From Folioceros fuciformis (lineage: Eukaryota), in contig JBNGIO010006265.1 of NCBI GenBank assembly GCA_049999805.1, positions 309,711 through 355,638 of the forward strand: a DNA stretch of 45,928 nt, read 5' to 3'. Both the position numbers and the translations under genes were made by a program. The notes beneath the pieces were generated by a model. That model was not told where the DNA came from and did not search any database. It worked only from the letters and a program-made list of their open reading frames with translations. Below, piece by piece: positions 13,656 through 26,822 of this stretch (positions within the stretch are counted from its first letter, which is position 1; each line of letters starts with the position of its first letter).

Positions 13656-14158
13656 TCACGAGGATCGGTGAGTTGGCACATGTGCGGGGATCTCATCCTT
13701 GTTCTCGATGATCTCCACCTTGTAATCCGCTGGAACATCCCACGGCTTCCACTCTGCACACCGATCCAGAGTCGTGATCACAAGGCGCCCGCCACATCCG
13801 CTTTGCATCCATGGCAGTAAGTAACCCTAGGCTAGCTGCACGTACCAGCCATCCTGGGAATAAGGGCGAGCTCGTCCTTCGCGGCCTCGATGAGCTCCTC
13901 CACCTGGCCGTCGCGGATGCGGGCTTCGATCTTCTGCCAGTCGTCCTCCTCCTCGCACACCCGCAGGCGGGTCTTGGTGAACTCCTCCACTGTCTTCCTG
14001 TACTGCGCCGACTCCGGGATGGTCTTCACCTCGTCAAGCGTTCGTTTGTACAAGCCGATGAGCACTTCCCGGGCGTTTGGCACCACCTCCAGGCCCACTA
14101 GGCCCGTAGACTCCTTCACGCTCGCGTACAGCGGCCCAGCCAGGCGCCTCAAAAACAT
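13656..14158 (-). CDS. NDUFA5: NADH dehydrogenase (complex I) subunit NDUFA5/B13, exons 14158-13846 and 13753-13656
   Basis: VKESTGLVGLEVVPNAREVLIGLY...YRKTVEEFT..RL...GQVEELIEAAKDELALIPRMA|EWKPWDVP is the B13 signature. Phase-1 GT-AG intron. Confidence 0.93.
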
Positions 14159-14329
14159 GGCTGCCTTCTGCTCCTGCTCAGATCTGCGAACTCTGGACCA
14201 ACACCACACCGCAAACCGCACGCAAACCAACCTTCCTCGCTAATTACTCCTCTGTTAGCGATCCATCAACTACCGCTGGGGTGCAGTAACTGGAACCCAC
14301 CCCAGGCAGCATGAAGTTCCAGTCGTGAA

Positions 14330-16792
14330 ATGCTGCTCGAATCCACAGCTGGTTCGACTCTCCGAATGGCACATGATATTTGTCAGGGAGTGGGTCCCAG
14401 ACTCTTCCCGTCACCCTTCAGTCATAAGATGCATCGGCTGCTGGTCGGCAACGTCAATTCAGAATGTGGTATTCTGGGACGTCGGTGGTGCCGTGAACCG
14501 GGAGGTATGCGGGCTCTAAGCTCTGTTTTGTTTCTGCCGGATGGGCAAGGCAGGGGACTGGTTTTGTTGAACCACAGAAGCCAGGTGAATTCTGGGCGGA
14601 AAGATGAGCTGGGGGAGAGCTGGGTTTCGTCGGGGAATTCCTGCAGGAGCAGGCGATGGGGCAGCAGCTGTAGCTGTAGCAGGAGTCAGTCTTCGAAGGT
14701 TTTTGATGTCGATTCTGGAGGCGAATTCCTCGCCTCTCCTGCTGCTGGTGGAGACATTGGAGATGAGGTTCAGAACTGGGACAAGTTCAACACGTTATTC
14801 CAACAATGTTCGCCGGAGCAAAACTTGAGGAATGGCGTGGGTCCTGGAAACGCTTCCTCCAGTTCCCTGGAGAAAGGGAAGGGGAATGGCGGGGACAGCT
14901 ACATGGGTGGGCATGGGCGTGAGGGAGTGGCATTTTCTGAGAATGGGAAGCTGGGTGAGTTTTTGGATGTGGAGATGCCCCGGAGAGAAGGCAACAGGGG
15001 TAGTGAGGAGCAGCAACGGAGGGCAGGCAGGAAGTTTAAGGATGAAGAGGAGGAGTTGTTCGAAGACACAAGCTGGAATTGGGTGGATGATTTCTGGCGT
15101 GAGGGTGATGAGGTGGCGAATAGAAATGTGTATTCGAATCGCAGGCAGGCGTCTGGGGGAGAAGGTGTTGATGGCGGTGAAGCGTCTGGTCGGATGACAT
15201 CGGACAGGAGGGGCTCCAACAGCGAAATTGGACGGGATAAGCAGGATTTGATAAGAAGGCGACTGCATGCCATGGAACAGGAGCAGAAAGAGAGGGAGAG
15301 TTTGGAGGCAAAAGGGGGAATGAATTTCCGGACGAAGGATAGGGATGTTTTGTCTCCGAGTGGTTGGAAAGCCATCAGAAAAGTCGATAACAGTCTAGCA
15401 AGGTTTCCCGATGGCCCTGTCATGACCAGGTCGAGTATGATTGCCAAGCAAGTCATCAGCCAAGATTCTGCTATGAGTTTGGGGTTTGTGGTGCAAATGT
15501 GGACAGACGTGCAAACGGTAAGTCTGAAGTTACTTACTTCGTGTTCTCTTAGGAGGTCTCAGTTTCTGGTTGTGAATAGGACCGTGATATCAGCTGCTTG
15601 ACGCTGCAGTGGAAGGTGGTGGCAGTTGAGGTCAGACCCAGCATGCTCTTCGGGCTGGTAGACGCTATCTTGCTTCAAAACTTGAGTCAGGTTGGTCCTT
15701 TTCGTGTCGTGTATCCTGCATTGCCATCTTGTGTCATTCATTCTTGCCTCACATCAAGGTTACCAGGTTGGCGATGTGATCTTGGTGCCAAACGAGGATG
15801 TACTAGAAGGAGAGCTCGACTGGACAGGCTGTGAGCCCCTTGTAAGTATCTTGTTGCATGAGGCGGGAAGAAAGAAATCTGATAATGCTTTGTTCCCCCT
15901 CGACATCTAATCATCTGCTTCTTGCTGTAGGTGGGCTTCGATATCTTCACTGAGAGTGCCCTTTATTTGGGCAAGGTGAGGGGACTCATTTACTTGCTCA
16001 CGCTATGAGGATCCCCACTGAGCAGGCTAGCAAGATGTCTGATTTCTGGTTTCCAGGTTCGGGACTTTGACTTCAACGTCGAGAACGGTGGGGTACTTGC
16101 GCTGGAGTTCGACAGCTTTGGTGTTCCTCTTATCCCTGCAAGTGTGGTGAGTCATAACTTACTTGAGGGAATACCTTTCATGTTCATCTCATGCTCCTCT
16201 TGCAGGTACAAAGATGAGAACTGGTTATTGTTGCAGGTTAGCACTTTCTCACTTCCGATAGGTGAAATCGTGGAAGTTGGAGAAGAATGCCTGCTTGTAC
16301 GGACAGGGGCAGAGAAACGAATGCAGGTCTTGACTAAGGTCGGTGACATACAAATCCAACTGTTTTTGGAGGAAGTTGCCGACTCCGGAATGCCTGCTTT
16401 TCACATCCTGCTCACCAATGCTCAATCCTGGCATGCAGGGCTTGTGGGGCAAGTTCTCGGGTGACAGAACCCAGCCGAAGGGAGGCAAGGTCGATGACAG
16501 GCTCGTGCTCAAGTCTGTCAGGAGACGGCCTTCTCAGACAGACATGAGCAAGCAACAGCTGAGCAGAGCAGAGTTCTCCCGGGCTCAAGAAGTTGCAGAC
16601 ATGTACACGTCAAACCGAAGGTATTCCGGGAGTAACGGGCGAGATAGCTTCACAGAAGAACTTGGTCCGGACAGCTCGAATAATCCGTTCGCACGAAGGG
16701 AGCAAGCAAGAGTTCGAAGCTCTAATGATCGTCGTAGTAGGAATACTCGTGCACGAGACACCGTCCAGAGAGACGATGAGGAATTTGAATAA
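14330..16792 (+). CDS. PRC-barrel-domain protein with long low-complexity N-terminal extension (probably plastid-targeted); multi-exon
   Basis: The spliced C-terminal half (RSSMIAKQVIS..SAMSLGFVVQMWTD|WKVVAVEVRP..|VGDVILV..|VGFDIFTESALYLGK|VRDFDFNVENG..LEFDSFGVPLIPASV|VSTFSLP) resembles tandem PRC-barrel proteins of cyanobacteria and plants. The start codon is uncertain; stop TAA at 16790-16792. Confidence 0.75.
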
Positions 16793-16956
16793 AAGATCAG
16801 TAAAAAGTCACTGGCATGGTACACCTGTTTGCCCTAACAGTGGTTACCTTGATGGACGGTTTGTGCAAACCACTGTTCAGTTACTTGTCTTTCCCGCTCA
16901 TGCAACGTCGTCCGAGGCTTTGATGACAATTGGTGCGTGCTCCAGCAGGCGCAGCC

Positions 16957-19900
16957 ATGGAAGCTGAAGACGTGCAAATGGAGGAGGCGCTTCCTAGGCC
17001 AATCAGGCGGCTTGCAGAAAACGTCGTGAACAGAATTGCAGCTGGGGAGGTTATTCAGAGACCGTCGTCTGCGCTGAAGGAGCTCCTGGAGAACAGCTTG
17101 GATGCTGGTGCTACCGTCGTAAGCGTGGTAGTAAAAGACGGTGGTCTCAAGTATATCCAGATCACCGACAACGGCCACGGCATTCGGGTACTGGACCTTG
17201 ACCTGCGGCCTGTAGCCACTGGATAGTATTTTTGTGCCGACCTGGGTACGCGAATGGCCTTTGCAGTATGAAGATTTGCCTATACTGTGTGAGAGGCATA
17301 CCACATCGAAGTTGCAGGAGTTTGAAGATTTGGAGACTATCAGTACCCTTGGATTCAGAGGGGAGGCTTTAGCTAGCATTTCGTTTGTGGCACATTTGTC
17401 TATCACCACCATGACAGAGGGTCAAATTCATGGATACAGGTGCAAACTGCCCTACCGATGCTTTTGGTTTGGCCTTTTCTGAGACGGAGTTCCAGAATGG
17501 CTCGAGTCATTCGTGGAAGCTCAGCTTGAATTGGACTTTCATGGCCGCTCTATGAACAGAATCGCGTATAAGGATGGGAGAATGGAGGGAGAGCCTCGAC
17601 CCTGTGCAGCTGTCAAAGGAACTCAGATCACTGTATGTGATTCTCACTGTATTTTCTTTATGCTTGCCCAAGAGTCAGGTGACGACTCTTTCGTTCTTCT
17701 TCAAGGTCGAAGATTTGTTCTACAATGTGGCTGCTCGAAAAAAAGCTTTCAAAATTCCAAGCGAAGAATACAGCCGAGTCATCGATGTCATAAGCCGTTA
17801 TGCGGTTCAAAAGACGAATGTGAGCTTTACTTGCAAGAAGGTCAGTGCTTGCCCACCACATTCTGTGTTATGTCTCTCCAAGCACCAGCTAGTTGGTTAA
17901 CCTCGAGCTCATCTGCCATGACCTGTGCCTGGTCATATAGTTTGGAGAGAAAAGAGGAGATGTAAATACTAGTGGAAACGGGTCGCAAATAGATGCAATT
18001 CGTGCTGTTTACGGCCAAGCAGTCGCCAGGGAGCTTATGCCCATATCTGCGGAAGAGAAAGGGTTAGGTGGCAAGATTTTTAGCATGGAAGGCTTGGTGT
18101 CAAGTGCCAATTATAATGCCAAGAAAACTGTGATGGTCCTTTTCATTAACGGTAAATTAGTCTTGCCCTTGAATGTCTTATTGATGTTGAGACTGATTTC
18201 GAGGATTAGACTAAACAATGTCTTTGTCCAGGTCGTCTGGTAGAATGTGCACCCTTGAAAAGAGCGGTTGAAGTTGTCTACACAGCTATACTTCCTAAGG
18301 CATCAAAACCGTTTGTGTACATGGCAATCACATTGCCTTGTGAGCACGTTGATGTCAATGTCCATCCTACCAAACGAGAGGTAATATATTGCTGTTGAGC
18401 TAAACGAAACCCTCGGATGAGCACCATTCTTACTTTGGGTGTGGGCTCCAGGTTAGCTTTCTGAATCAGGAGGTCTTGATTGAGAGCATCCAGAAAGCAG
18501 TGGAGGAACGGGTGATGGATTCAAACTCATCAAGAACCTTTCTAACACAGGTGAGCAACTTTGCATGTTGAAATCCACTTCTACCAGCCCTTTACATGGA
18601 CTGCTGAATGAAGACATGGACTCCTGTGGCAGACAATACTCCCTGGAGCATCCAGTGTACCCACCTCAGAAGAAGAGAAGAGCGTCCCACCAGTTCATGG
18701 TAATGCGCTTGCTATTCACTCTGCTTGCTCGTTTGAGTCCTTCCATGTACGACCGTTGTTTGGTGATTCTTGCCATAAAGTTGTTCACAGCAGCTGACCT
18801 ATGGGGCGTATGGTGGCTCCTCAGGAACCACGTCATCAAGGCTAGTAAGTCAGAAGAGTGTGAGTCAGAAAGCACCTGTGAACAAGCTTGTTCGAACAGA
18901 TGCCCTGAATCCAGCAGGACGAATGCATGCCTTTCTGCATAATAAACCTGCGGAAGCTGGGGGTACTGAAGGGGATCTGGTAGCAATAAGGTGCACCTGC
19001 CAGTGGTTTGTGATAATGAGATTTCGTTTGTTCTCAGCTCGGTTTTGGTGATTACTGGGGATTGGACAGTGAATTACTAAGGTCTTTGTCTGTCAACAAC
19101 TGAACTCAGAAAGGCAGTGAGGCAAAGGCGTAACCCGAAGGAGAGTGCAGAACTGACAAGTATTCAAGAGCTTTTAGCCTCAATTGATAAAAATACACAT
19201 GGAGGTTCGATACTGCTGTGGCTTTATCTGGAGCTCTTGCTGTTTCATGTTCCTTCTGTGCTTTGCTTTTACATCAGTAAATTTGGCATATCATGCCTCA
19301 AAGTAAGTTTCTGTCCTAGCAGGTCTGTTGGATATTGTTAAGCACGGCACATACGTGGGAATGGCCGATGAAGTTTTGGTTCTCACCCAGTATAAGACCC
19401 GACTTTACCTCATTAATGTTGTATGTCTCAGGTATACTCCCATTAGCGCACTCTGATATTATTTGAAGTCTTCTCAAACCCTGTCTGGTGGCTGCACATG
19501 TTGTGGTGAACATGCTTGTAGACGGTTCATTTCCTTTACCCAGACTGGTTTGGTTTCATGTGCTTGCAGCAAGGAACTGATGTATCAACAGGTTCTGAGA
19601 CGCTTTAGCCATTTCAATGCGATGCGCCTCAGCAATCCGGCTCCTCTTGTGAATCTCTTAATGCTTGCTCTGGACGAAGAGGAGCATGCTGGCCGATGGC
19701 ATGAAAGTGATGGCCCAAAAGATCAGATAGCACAAGTATGTCTAGGCTTTTTATTTACACAAAGTGAGCATTTATTTGCGAGAACTAGGGGACTGTTTGG
19801 CCCGGCTCATCTGTTGTCTCATCAAGGGTGCCTACCCTCAGCTGAATGCAGAATTGCTGGTGTGTAAGGCGGAAATGCTCCTGGAGTATTTTGCGATTGA

Positions 19901-20682
19901 GATTGACGACGAGGGGAACCTATTATCACTGCCTGTCGTCTTGGATCAGTATACGCCGGATATGGACCGTCTACCTCAATTCATCTTGGATCTTGGTAAC
20001 AATGTAAGATCCTTCTGGTATAACTTGACGGCTGTCGTTTCAGGAAAGGCATGGAATATTGTGCCAGTTTTGACCAGCATGTTTTCAGTTGAGGGGAAGC
20101 ACTGACAACGCCGCTGATGCTGGCAGGTGGACTGGGAGAGTGAGAAGGAGTGTTTTGAGTCTTTTGCAGCTGCAGTTGCTCACTTCTATGCAATGTATCC
20201 ACCCCTTCTACCCCATCCGTCGGAGCACAAAGAGAAGTTCAACAACATGGTGGAGTCCTTCAGAAAATCGAATGATGCAAAAGATGAAGGGGACCAACTT
20301 TTACCAGGCAAGCTTTTTTGCAAAATGACATTGCCGACATTGGTTAGCGCTCAGTGAGAAACTGGTATGGTCGGGGAGTTCTGAGGTGTATGGGATTGGC
20401 ACTACGGTGCTGCAGACCAGTTCGAAGAAGAAGTGGTGGAGTTAGTGCAGGAAGCGGAGAAGGCATGGGCTCATCGAGAGTGGAACATACAACATGTTCT
20501 ATTCCCTGCGATGAAACTCTTTCTGAAGCCATCATGTCACATGGCTGATGATGGCACAGCCATGCAGGTGAGTTTTGTGGGTCACCAAAGTCGTCGTCGG
20601 TTCTTGGAAACGTTTCTAATGCTTCGGGGTTTGACAGGTAGCTTGCTTGGAAAACCTCTATAAGATTTTTGAAAGGTGCTAG
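16957..20682 (+). CDS. MLH1: DNA mismatch repair protein MLH1 (MutL homologue), multi-exon
   Basis: Motifs [49 protein letters not shown] and [12 protein letters not shown], plus the MLH1-specific C-terminus [11 protein letters not shown] (TAG 20680-20682). Confidence 0.97.
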
Positions 20683-21021
20683 CGCTGGTGAAGATCAAAG
20701 AACAGCATGGGAGGTTCTAAAGCAACCAGTCCCACACTGTACAAACCCTTTTTGCAAGTCCTCTTTCAACAGAAAAGGTGTTAGCACTTTCTGAGATCAG
20801 GGCTGAAGCTGTATAGTAGAGATCTGACCTCGATGAGTATCTAGTTTCTGGCTTCATTGATAAACTGAAAGATGTGCACTGCATACAGTGTGCAAACACA
20901 AGGATGGGTTTAAGCAGGTCAAACACAGGGTCACGTAGTCAGCGAGGAAAACATGGATGGACGGCATGGACTAGTTCATTTAGCATGGCGACGGTGGATA
21001 GTGCGGACAGCACATAAAGGC

Positions 21022-22209
21022 TCACAATGCAGCTGGGTTGTGGACAAGAACAGCAATGAAGGCGAGGTTGGCCAATGCGACGGTCCAGATGGGTGGTGTT
21101 CCGAGCAAGAACTTTCTCTTCATCCGGGCTCTTCTGTTGAATTCTATCCTCTCCTTCTCGGAAGCAAAGTGTTCCGGGGGCCATTGCAGTCCTCTGGCGA
21201 GGAGTGGCGCCCGGGGGTAATGCCAGGGCAGCTTGTTTTCCAGAGATGTCTCTGGAAGCCCAAATCGGCGCAACTTGTCGAACACTTGCATCACTCTGCG
21301 CAAACGCCGCCTCACAACCTCTATGTCCAGAAGAGGTTTGCGAGCAGGTGTATCAACTTCTGTAGCAATCAACGTGGGAGTCGATGACATTAAAGGTGCC
21401 ACAAACTCGCCCGTTACCAAATCCCGCCTCCTGCCACTTGTGACCTCCTCCTCGAGTGCCAGTATGGAACGCTCTGAGAGCAATCCAATCTCGAAGGATG
21501 AGTTGACGGCTGCATCAGGTTGCGTCTGGGGCTCATGTCTAAGAGGTCGGTTCAACGGCAAGGAGCTGAGGGGAGACGCAGAGAGGGGAAGATGTGCAGG
21601 GTGGAACCTAGTTCGAGAAGGGGTTGCGTGGAGTATGGGGTAGTCATTCACAGACGAAGAGCTCAGTAACTCCACTACCTCCAGCAGCAATCTTCTCCGG
21701 TCCTCCTCCGAAAATGCCTGTGGGGATGTGAGGAGCTGCAGCAACTGAAGCTCCAACCTTTCCCGGGCGGAAACTCTGACACCCTGGGGATTGGCTGGCT
21801 CTGTGGGAATGGCCCCCAGCTCCACGGAGGTGGCGCTTGGCACAACAGAATCGTTGCCGTCGCAACCCAACCTGGAATTGGTGGGCTCCTGATGTGCACT
21901 TGCTACCCCGTGATGCACTACATCGTCAGCAGATGACTTGGCTGGCTTGGAGGTGAGCAATTCCACATTCCTCTGGATGACTGCCTTCCGCAATAGTATT
22001 TCCTGCTGCAGATGTCGAAGACCGCTGGCCATAAGCTGTGCTCCCCATGTCACCGGCCCCATGTCGCATCCGTGCCAACTATGATGACAGGGGTCTCCTA
22101 GTTTCGCGACACGCCCGTGCGTCGAGAGTCTCGGCTCCCACTGCCGTTTTCCTCGAAATGAGTTCTGCGTAATGTCTTCATTGGCGCGCCTTGGAAGAAA
22201 GTTGCTCAC
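21022..22209 (-). CDS. Intronless ORF of unknown function (up to 395 aa) with a C-terminal hydrophobic segment
   Basis: 1.19-kb uninterrupted ORF with helical/coiled segments and the terminal hydrophobic stretch PIWTVALANLAFIAVLV. No family recognised. The true ATG may be internal (MGPVTW... or MASGLRH...). Confidence 0.5.
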   Translation of the reverse strand: MSNFLPRRANEDITQNSFRGKRQWEPRLSTHGRVAKLGDPCHHSWHGCDMGPVTWGAQLMASGLRHLQQEILLRKAVIQRNVELLTSKPAKSSADDVVHHGVASAHQEPTNSRLGCDGNDSVVPSATSVELGAIPTEPANPQGVRVSARERLELQLLQLLTSPQAFSEEDRRRLLLEVVELLSSSSVNDYPILHATPSRTRFHPAHLPLSASPLSSLPLNRPLRHEPQTQPDAAVNSSFEIGLLSERSILALEEEVTSGRRRDLVTGEFVAPLMSSTPTLIATEVDTPARKPLLDIEVVRRRLRRVMQVFDKLRRFGLPETSLENKLPWHYPRAPLLARGLQWPPEHFASEKERIEFNRRARMKRKFLLGTPPIWTVALANLAFIAVLVHNPAAL

Positions 22210-23091
22210 CTAATTGTCGTCAGCATTTTGTTTGTTTCTCATAATGGGTAATGACATATTTATTCACCTGTGTTATTTCACTTTACGTCCCTGTATATGG
22301 TATGTATTAAATGTAATTAGTTTAGAACATTTGTATTCCTGTCGGACCCAATGTCGGATAGCCTTCTATGCTCATTTCAATCCCCATCCCCCCCTCCTTA
22401 TTATAGTGGGATGGGAGTCCCATCACCCATCCTCTCAAATGTGAAAGCGTCGTCACTGCATAACTCGTTCAGATCGGACCCACATCGCGCGGATTCGGGC
22501 CGCGTATTTGTTATCTTATGTGTTTAATTCACATTCACGTACAAGGGACGCCAGTGTAAGCAATCATTGTGAGATATTATGAATAAAAATTGAAACTGAG
22601 CTTGAATCCAGCAGCCTGGGGCCGAGTCCATGGATGAGCCGCCTTAAAAAAGATTGTTCCTCCCCTTCTCTTTTTGAACATCATTACCTACTCCAATTCC
22701 ATCAATCTACTTAACTGAGTAAGATTGTTCTTATACTTTAGGTACTTCATATTCTTATTTCATTCCCCAAAAACGACCCCTGTCACAGTCGTTGTTGGGT
22801 TTACGTCTCTATCTGGGAGATAGGACAAAGCGTGGAGACCATGACTGTCGTGTCAGGCAAAGTTGTATACGATGCAAAGACGAATACAGTACTCACGTTC
22901 GTATCAGGGCATATTCGCCTACGGACATTACTCAGTTCAGTGCCAAGGAGAGCGTCTGCAAGGTGTGACGACCATGTTTGGTTGCCACGTCCAACCCGTC
23001 GTTGTCCATATACATAATTCACACCACTTAGCCAAATCTGCAGCTGCTGCCCATGGCCAATCTGTGCCAGACGAGCTAAGACGTTTGATAG

Positions 23092-24673
23092 TCATGGAGG
23101 GCAACTGCTCTGGTTCGTGATCTCACAGAAGTCTTTGAAACTGCTCTCCAAGTCCAATATGGGAGCCGACCTGTTGTTGAGAAGGATGTCGGATTGTATC
23201 CACAAGCTCAGAATTTTCTGCTGGTCAACGGGTCTCAAGCTCTTGAGGACAGCTTCCAAAGCCTCGGTGATAGCCTGCTTCGGATCCTTGCAGTTATTTA
23301 GTATGTCCACATATCTCGGGTTGAGAGCATCAGGGAAGAGACGATGGCTGTTGACGTACATTTGCACTTGGCAGACACTAGGTTTTCCGAAGTGGTTCCT
23401 GTCCTCTGAAGAGCAAGATACCTTCCTGTCGAATATGTGTGCGATGACAGCGAACCACTTGCACACAAATTTGCATCGGTTGTCACAGTCACAGATGACT
23501 TCTCCTCGCTCCAGAGCCTCCAGCAAGCGCAGAAGCACGAGGAAGAAGGCCACAACCACTGCCGAGGCTCGTTGTTGAAGGGGCCCGGATGTCGCTGGCC
23601 ATTTCTGGAACACGTTGCACACAAGGAAAGAGGAAAACTCTATTTTGTCGAGGGTCATGACAGCTAAGGCCTTGTGGCCCACCTGGAGGTCGATTGCCCT
23701 CTCGAACAGCCAGATTGATCTGTTGCAGAAAGCCCTGGTCTCATCAGGCGACGGGAACCCGACGTTGTTGCTGGGGGCATGATTCCGCTGGACCACGCAT
23801 TGGTTCTGCAAGTTTTGCAGTCTCTGCTTCCAGTCCACGAACGTTTTCTCCCACTCCCCAAGCACGAGTGCCCTAATGTTCTGGTTGCTGCATGCCGACA
23901 CATCGTTCACACGGGCCCACAGGTCTTCCAACAGGGACGGCTCCAAGGAGGTGAGATCCATAGATACCAGAAGGTAAGACAGGGAGTCCCGCTCCTCGGC
24001 GGCCCAGGGCACCTGTTGAAGGTATGAGAGTGCAGCACATACGCCTGGATTGAACAGGAAATGGGCCGAGAGTTGCAACACTTGCAGGGCCTGTGAAACG
24101 TCTTTGAATCGGACTTGCAGAAGGCCCGTGGGAGGAAAAGAGGTGGACTTCGCAGATGACCCTTTCTCATGGTGTGCGTGATACATCAGACGGAAGCACT
24201 TCTCGTACGTGGAGTGGTGGACACTACTCAGACAACTGCACACAGAAGTAGACTCCACGGTTTTGCGTGGTGCAAGGTTCAGTTCAGCACACCGCAGGAT
24301 TTGCAAAAACAAACAGACAAGAGTCTCACCTCAAGGGGACAACGGGCAGAGGCCTGCTTCTCGACTGAGTTACCGGACAATCATGCACTCCCGCACCTCC
24401 CTTCCATCTATCAGACAGGAGAGAGTTGAAATACCCAGACTGCTGCTTCAAAATTTCTGTAAGCATTGGAATCTCCAGCAGCACATGAGCTCCCTCCTCG
24501 GGGAGTCTAATGAAGCTTGGGCCGAAGGCATCGCAAGCCGGGAGACTCCAGTCACCTGTCTTGCGTGATCTGTCCGAACCAGTCACTTGTATCAGCACGT
24601 CGGAGCACTTGCACATGTTACCGATGATAATTCTCTGAGTGACCGTCTTTTTGGGTCTCCCTACTGCAGCCAT
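23092..24673 (-). CDS. Plant BTB/POZ-domain protein (family with the 'YLxxVPW' motif), exons 24673-24330 and 24235-23092
   Basis: SDVLIQV...ILKQQSGYFNSLLSDRW (BTB core), then YEKCFRLMY and VSQALQVLQLSAHFLFNPGVCAALSYLQQVPWAAEE. A 94-nt phase-2 GT-AG intron joins the two ORF-track segments in frame. Confidence 0.75.
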
Positions 24674-26822
24674 CGTTAACTGTACAAGAACACGGAGATT
24701 GAGGGCCCTCACACGGTAGCACCCGCAGAGCCCTCCATCACCACCCACTCCAACACTCCAACCTGAATTCGGTAGGTTTGGGGATTTACGGTCAGCCAAA
24801 CAGACGCACGGTGCCAGCATCCCCACCCAAAAACACTGGGCGTTGACCGCAACAGCAACCCGTTACGGAACCTGAGCGAGCATGCTCCCCTGCCTAGCTT
24901 GCATCTCTCACTCCGCCTGCCAACCTCTTTCTTCTCACCCCACTACCACCGACTGACACACACACCCACAAGGACTGACTTTTGCTCCACCTGCCCGGCC
25001 CGCGAGCTTAAGAGCAAGAGCGTGCGCAAGTGGAGCTCGGGAGAAGAACCCAACACTTCAAGACTGGACTACTTCCCTGCTGACACAAGTAGCGTGGCTA
25101 CACATCATCCATGGCGGCAATACGTTTAATACGCGGAGGAACAGGACTCTGGAAAGCCAGCACAAATCAACTCCCCTCATCTACCTACTGCTCCAGTCCC
25201 AGTACATACTACGTCTGAGGAGCGTAGTTTCGCGACTGGTTTCACGAGAGCCAGATCATGCTACCAGAGTAATGAAGGCGTTGGTCACGTGGTCCACGGC
25301 GTTGCATTGAAGATTCTACATCATCGTCACTCGAGTTCTGTGCCTCTATCACAGTCTCCATCCCGTAAAGTGTTGTTGATGCCATTTCCGAGCTTTGGGG
25401 TTACGATCAGGTCAAATCCTCCCAGAAGCAGCCTCTTATTTTTACCCTCAAGAGTTTTGCGATGCAGCTGCACATCAGCATCAGCAGCTTTTGCATGTAC
25501 ATACATACATACAACTGTATGTACAGTAAAGTATGTCTGTGCACTGTGTACTGACTGTCTTGTGGTATCATGTGTTATTCTATGTATGTACATACATACA
25601 AGAGTACGACATCCCCTTTTGGGTGCGGTACAGCAACTGAAGGTCATCGGAGTCGGTGGCTCGAAGCTCCTGCAGCTTGCGCGGCGAACTAAGCATGGCG
25701 ACCGACTGCTATGCATTTCATCCTCTCCTTGAACCCTAAATTTCGTAGGCCAGAGCACGCTGGAGGGAGCAGGATAGATAGTGCTCCTGGGCATGATGAA
25801 CCAACAACTTATGGACGGGATGTTTGTGGGCTGACGAAAGAAGTCTCAAAGTCCCAGGCCTTCTCACGGGACCACTGGGACCTTCTCCCAAAACTCCGCA
25901 GGCAGCTGATGACTGGAGTGCAATTGCTGCGCAGTCCAGTTGCAATTTTCACCGTCCCAAACGAATCCTCAGAGTTAATTACAGTATAAAGAAGATATGG
26001 GATCCCTTTCCCAGCGACACCAAGTGCGAGCACGGCATGGACTCCCGCCCAAACCGCCGACACTGCCTCTTGCACTGGCAGCCCTTAGATGTGAGCTGAT
26101 GAGAGCTTGTGCGGCGTCTGGGTTGTCCTGCACCCGCAATGATGAACATCTGTCACTCCTTTTCCACAGCGTTGCATGACAGGAGCTCCCGTAACCAAAA
26201 ATCCGGGACTGTGCATCCGACATCCGGCAGCGTGAGTTGGGGCAAGGACAATCCTTGACCCGACCGGACTCCCAGTCTCCCAGACCCAGTCCCAGTCCCA
26301 GTCCCAGTTCCACTTCCAGAGTGCTGCTGAGCAGGATTTACGTTTTCACCCTCGCGAAGTCACACCACCCCGGTTTTACCTGACTGGTTACCGGGCAGAG
26401 AAAAGCTGTCGCAGCAGCTCCAGCGATGGCGAAGTGTCGCTGCAGTGCTGCAGCGCGGTAGTGCTCCGACACGTTGGTAATTTTCTGGGCGCTTCGCCCG
26501 ACGCCGCTGCTCCCTCAGCTCCTCTTGTAGCCTCTGCTCGGTGCGGTGCTGAAGACCTGGAGAAGAGTCACCTCACCCAGCTCGCGCGGTTGTTGGAAGC
26601 GGGCTCGGCTTGCACGCCTCGTCGCCAATGGGCAGCTGAGCCAGGCTGGGCTTGGATTGCGGGAACTGAGTAGACGAGGGAAGCAATCCTGGGAGGAAGT
26701 CGGGAGCAGAAAGGCTTCTCCTCTGCTCAGGGAAGGGGCACGAGTGCAGTGGAGGGCTTGATTGCATTGTGCCAACAGAGTGGAATTGCTTTGGTTGGTG
26801 GACTATTTTCAGGCAAGCACAA

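Noticed and set aside
14795-15456. Long antisense ORFs opposite the PRC-barrel, pTAC5 and paralog-B coding regions
   Set aside because: These are shadow ORFs produced by the biased codon composition of the sense genes.
21022-21090. Plant KASH tail on the orphan ORF
   Set aside because: The protein ends HNPAAL, not the V/I-x-P-T or PPPx pattern of known plant KASH domains.
25289-26313. Possible gene between the BTB gene and PIR
   Set aside because: Only short overlapping ORFs, partly derived from (CATA)n and (CCCAGT)n repeats, with no recognisable motif or coherent exon chain.
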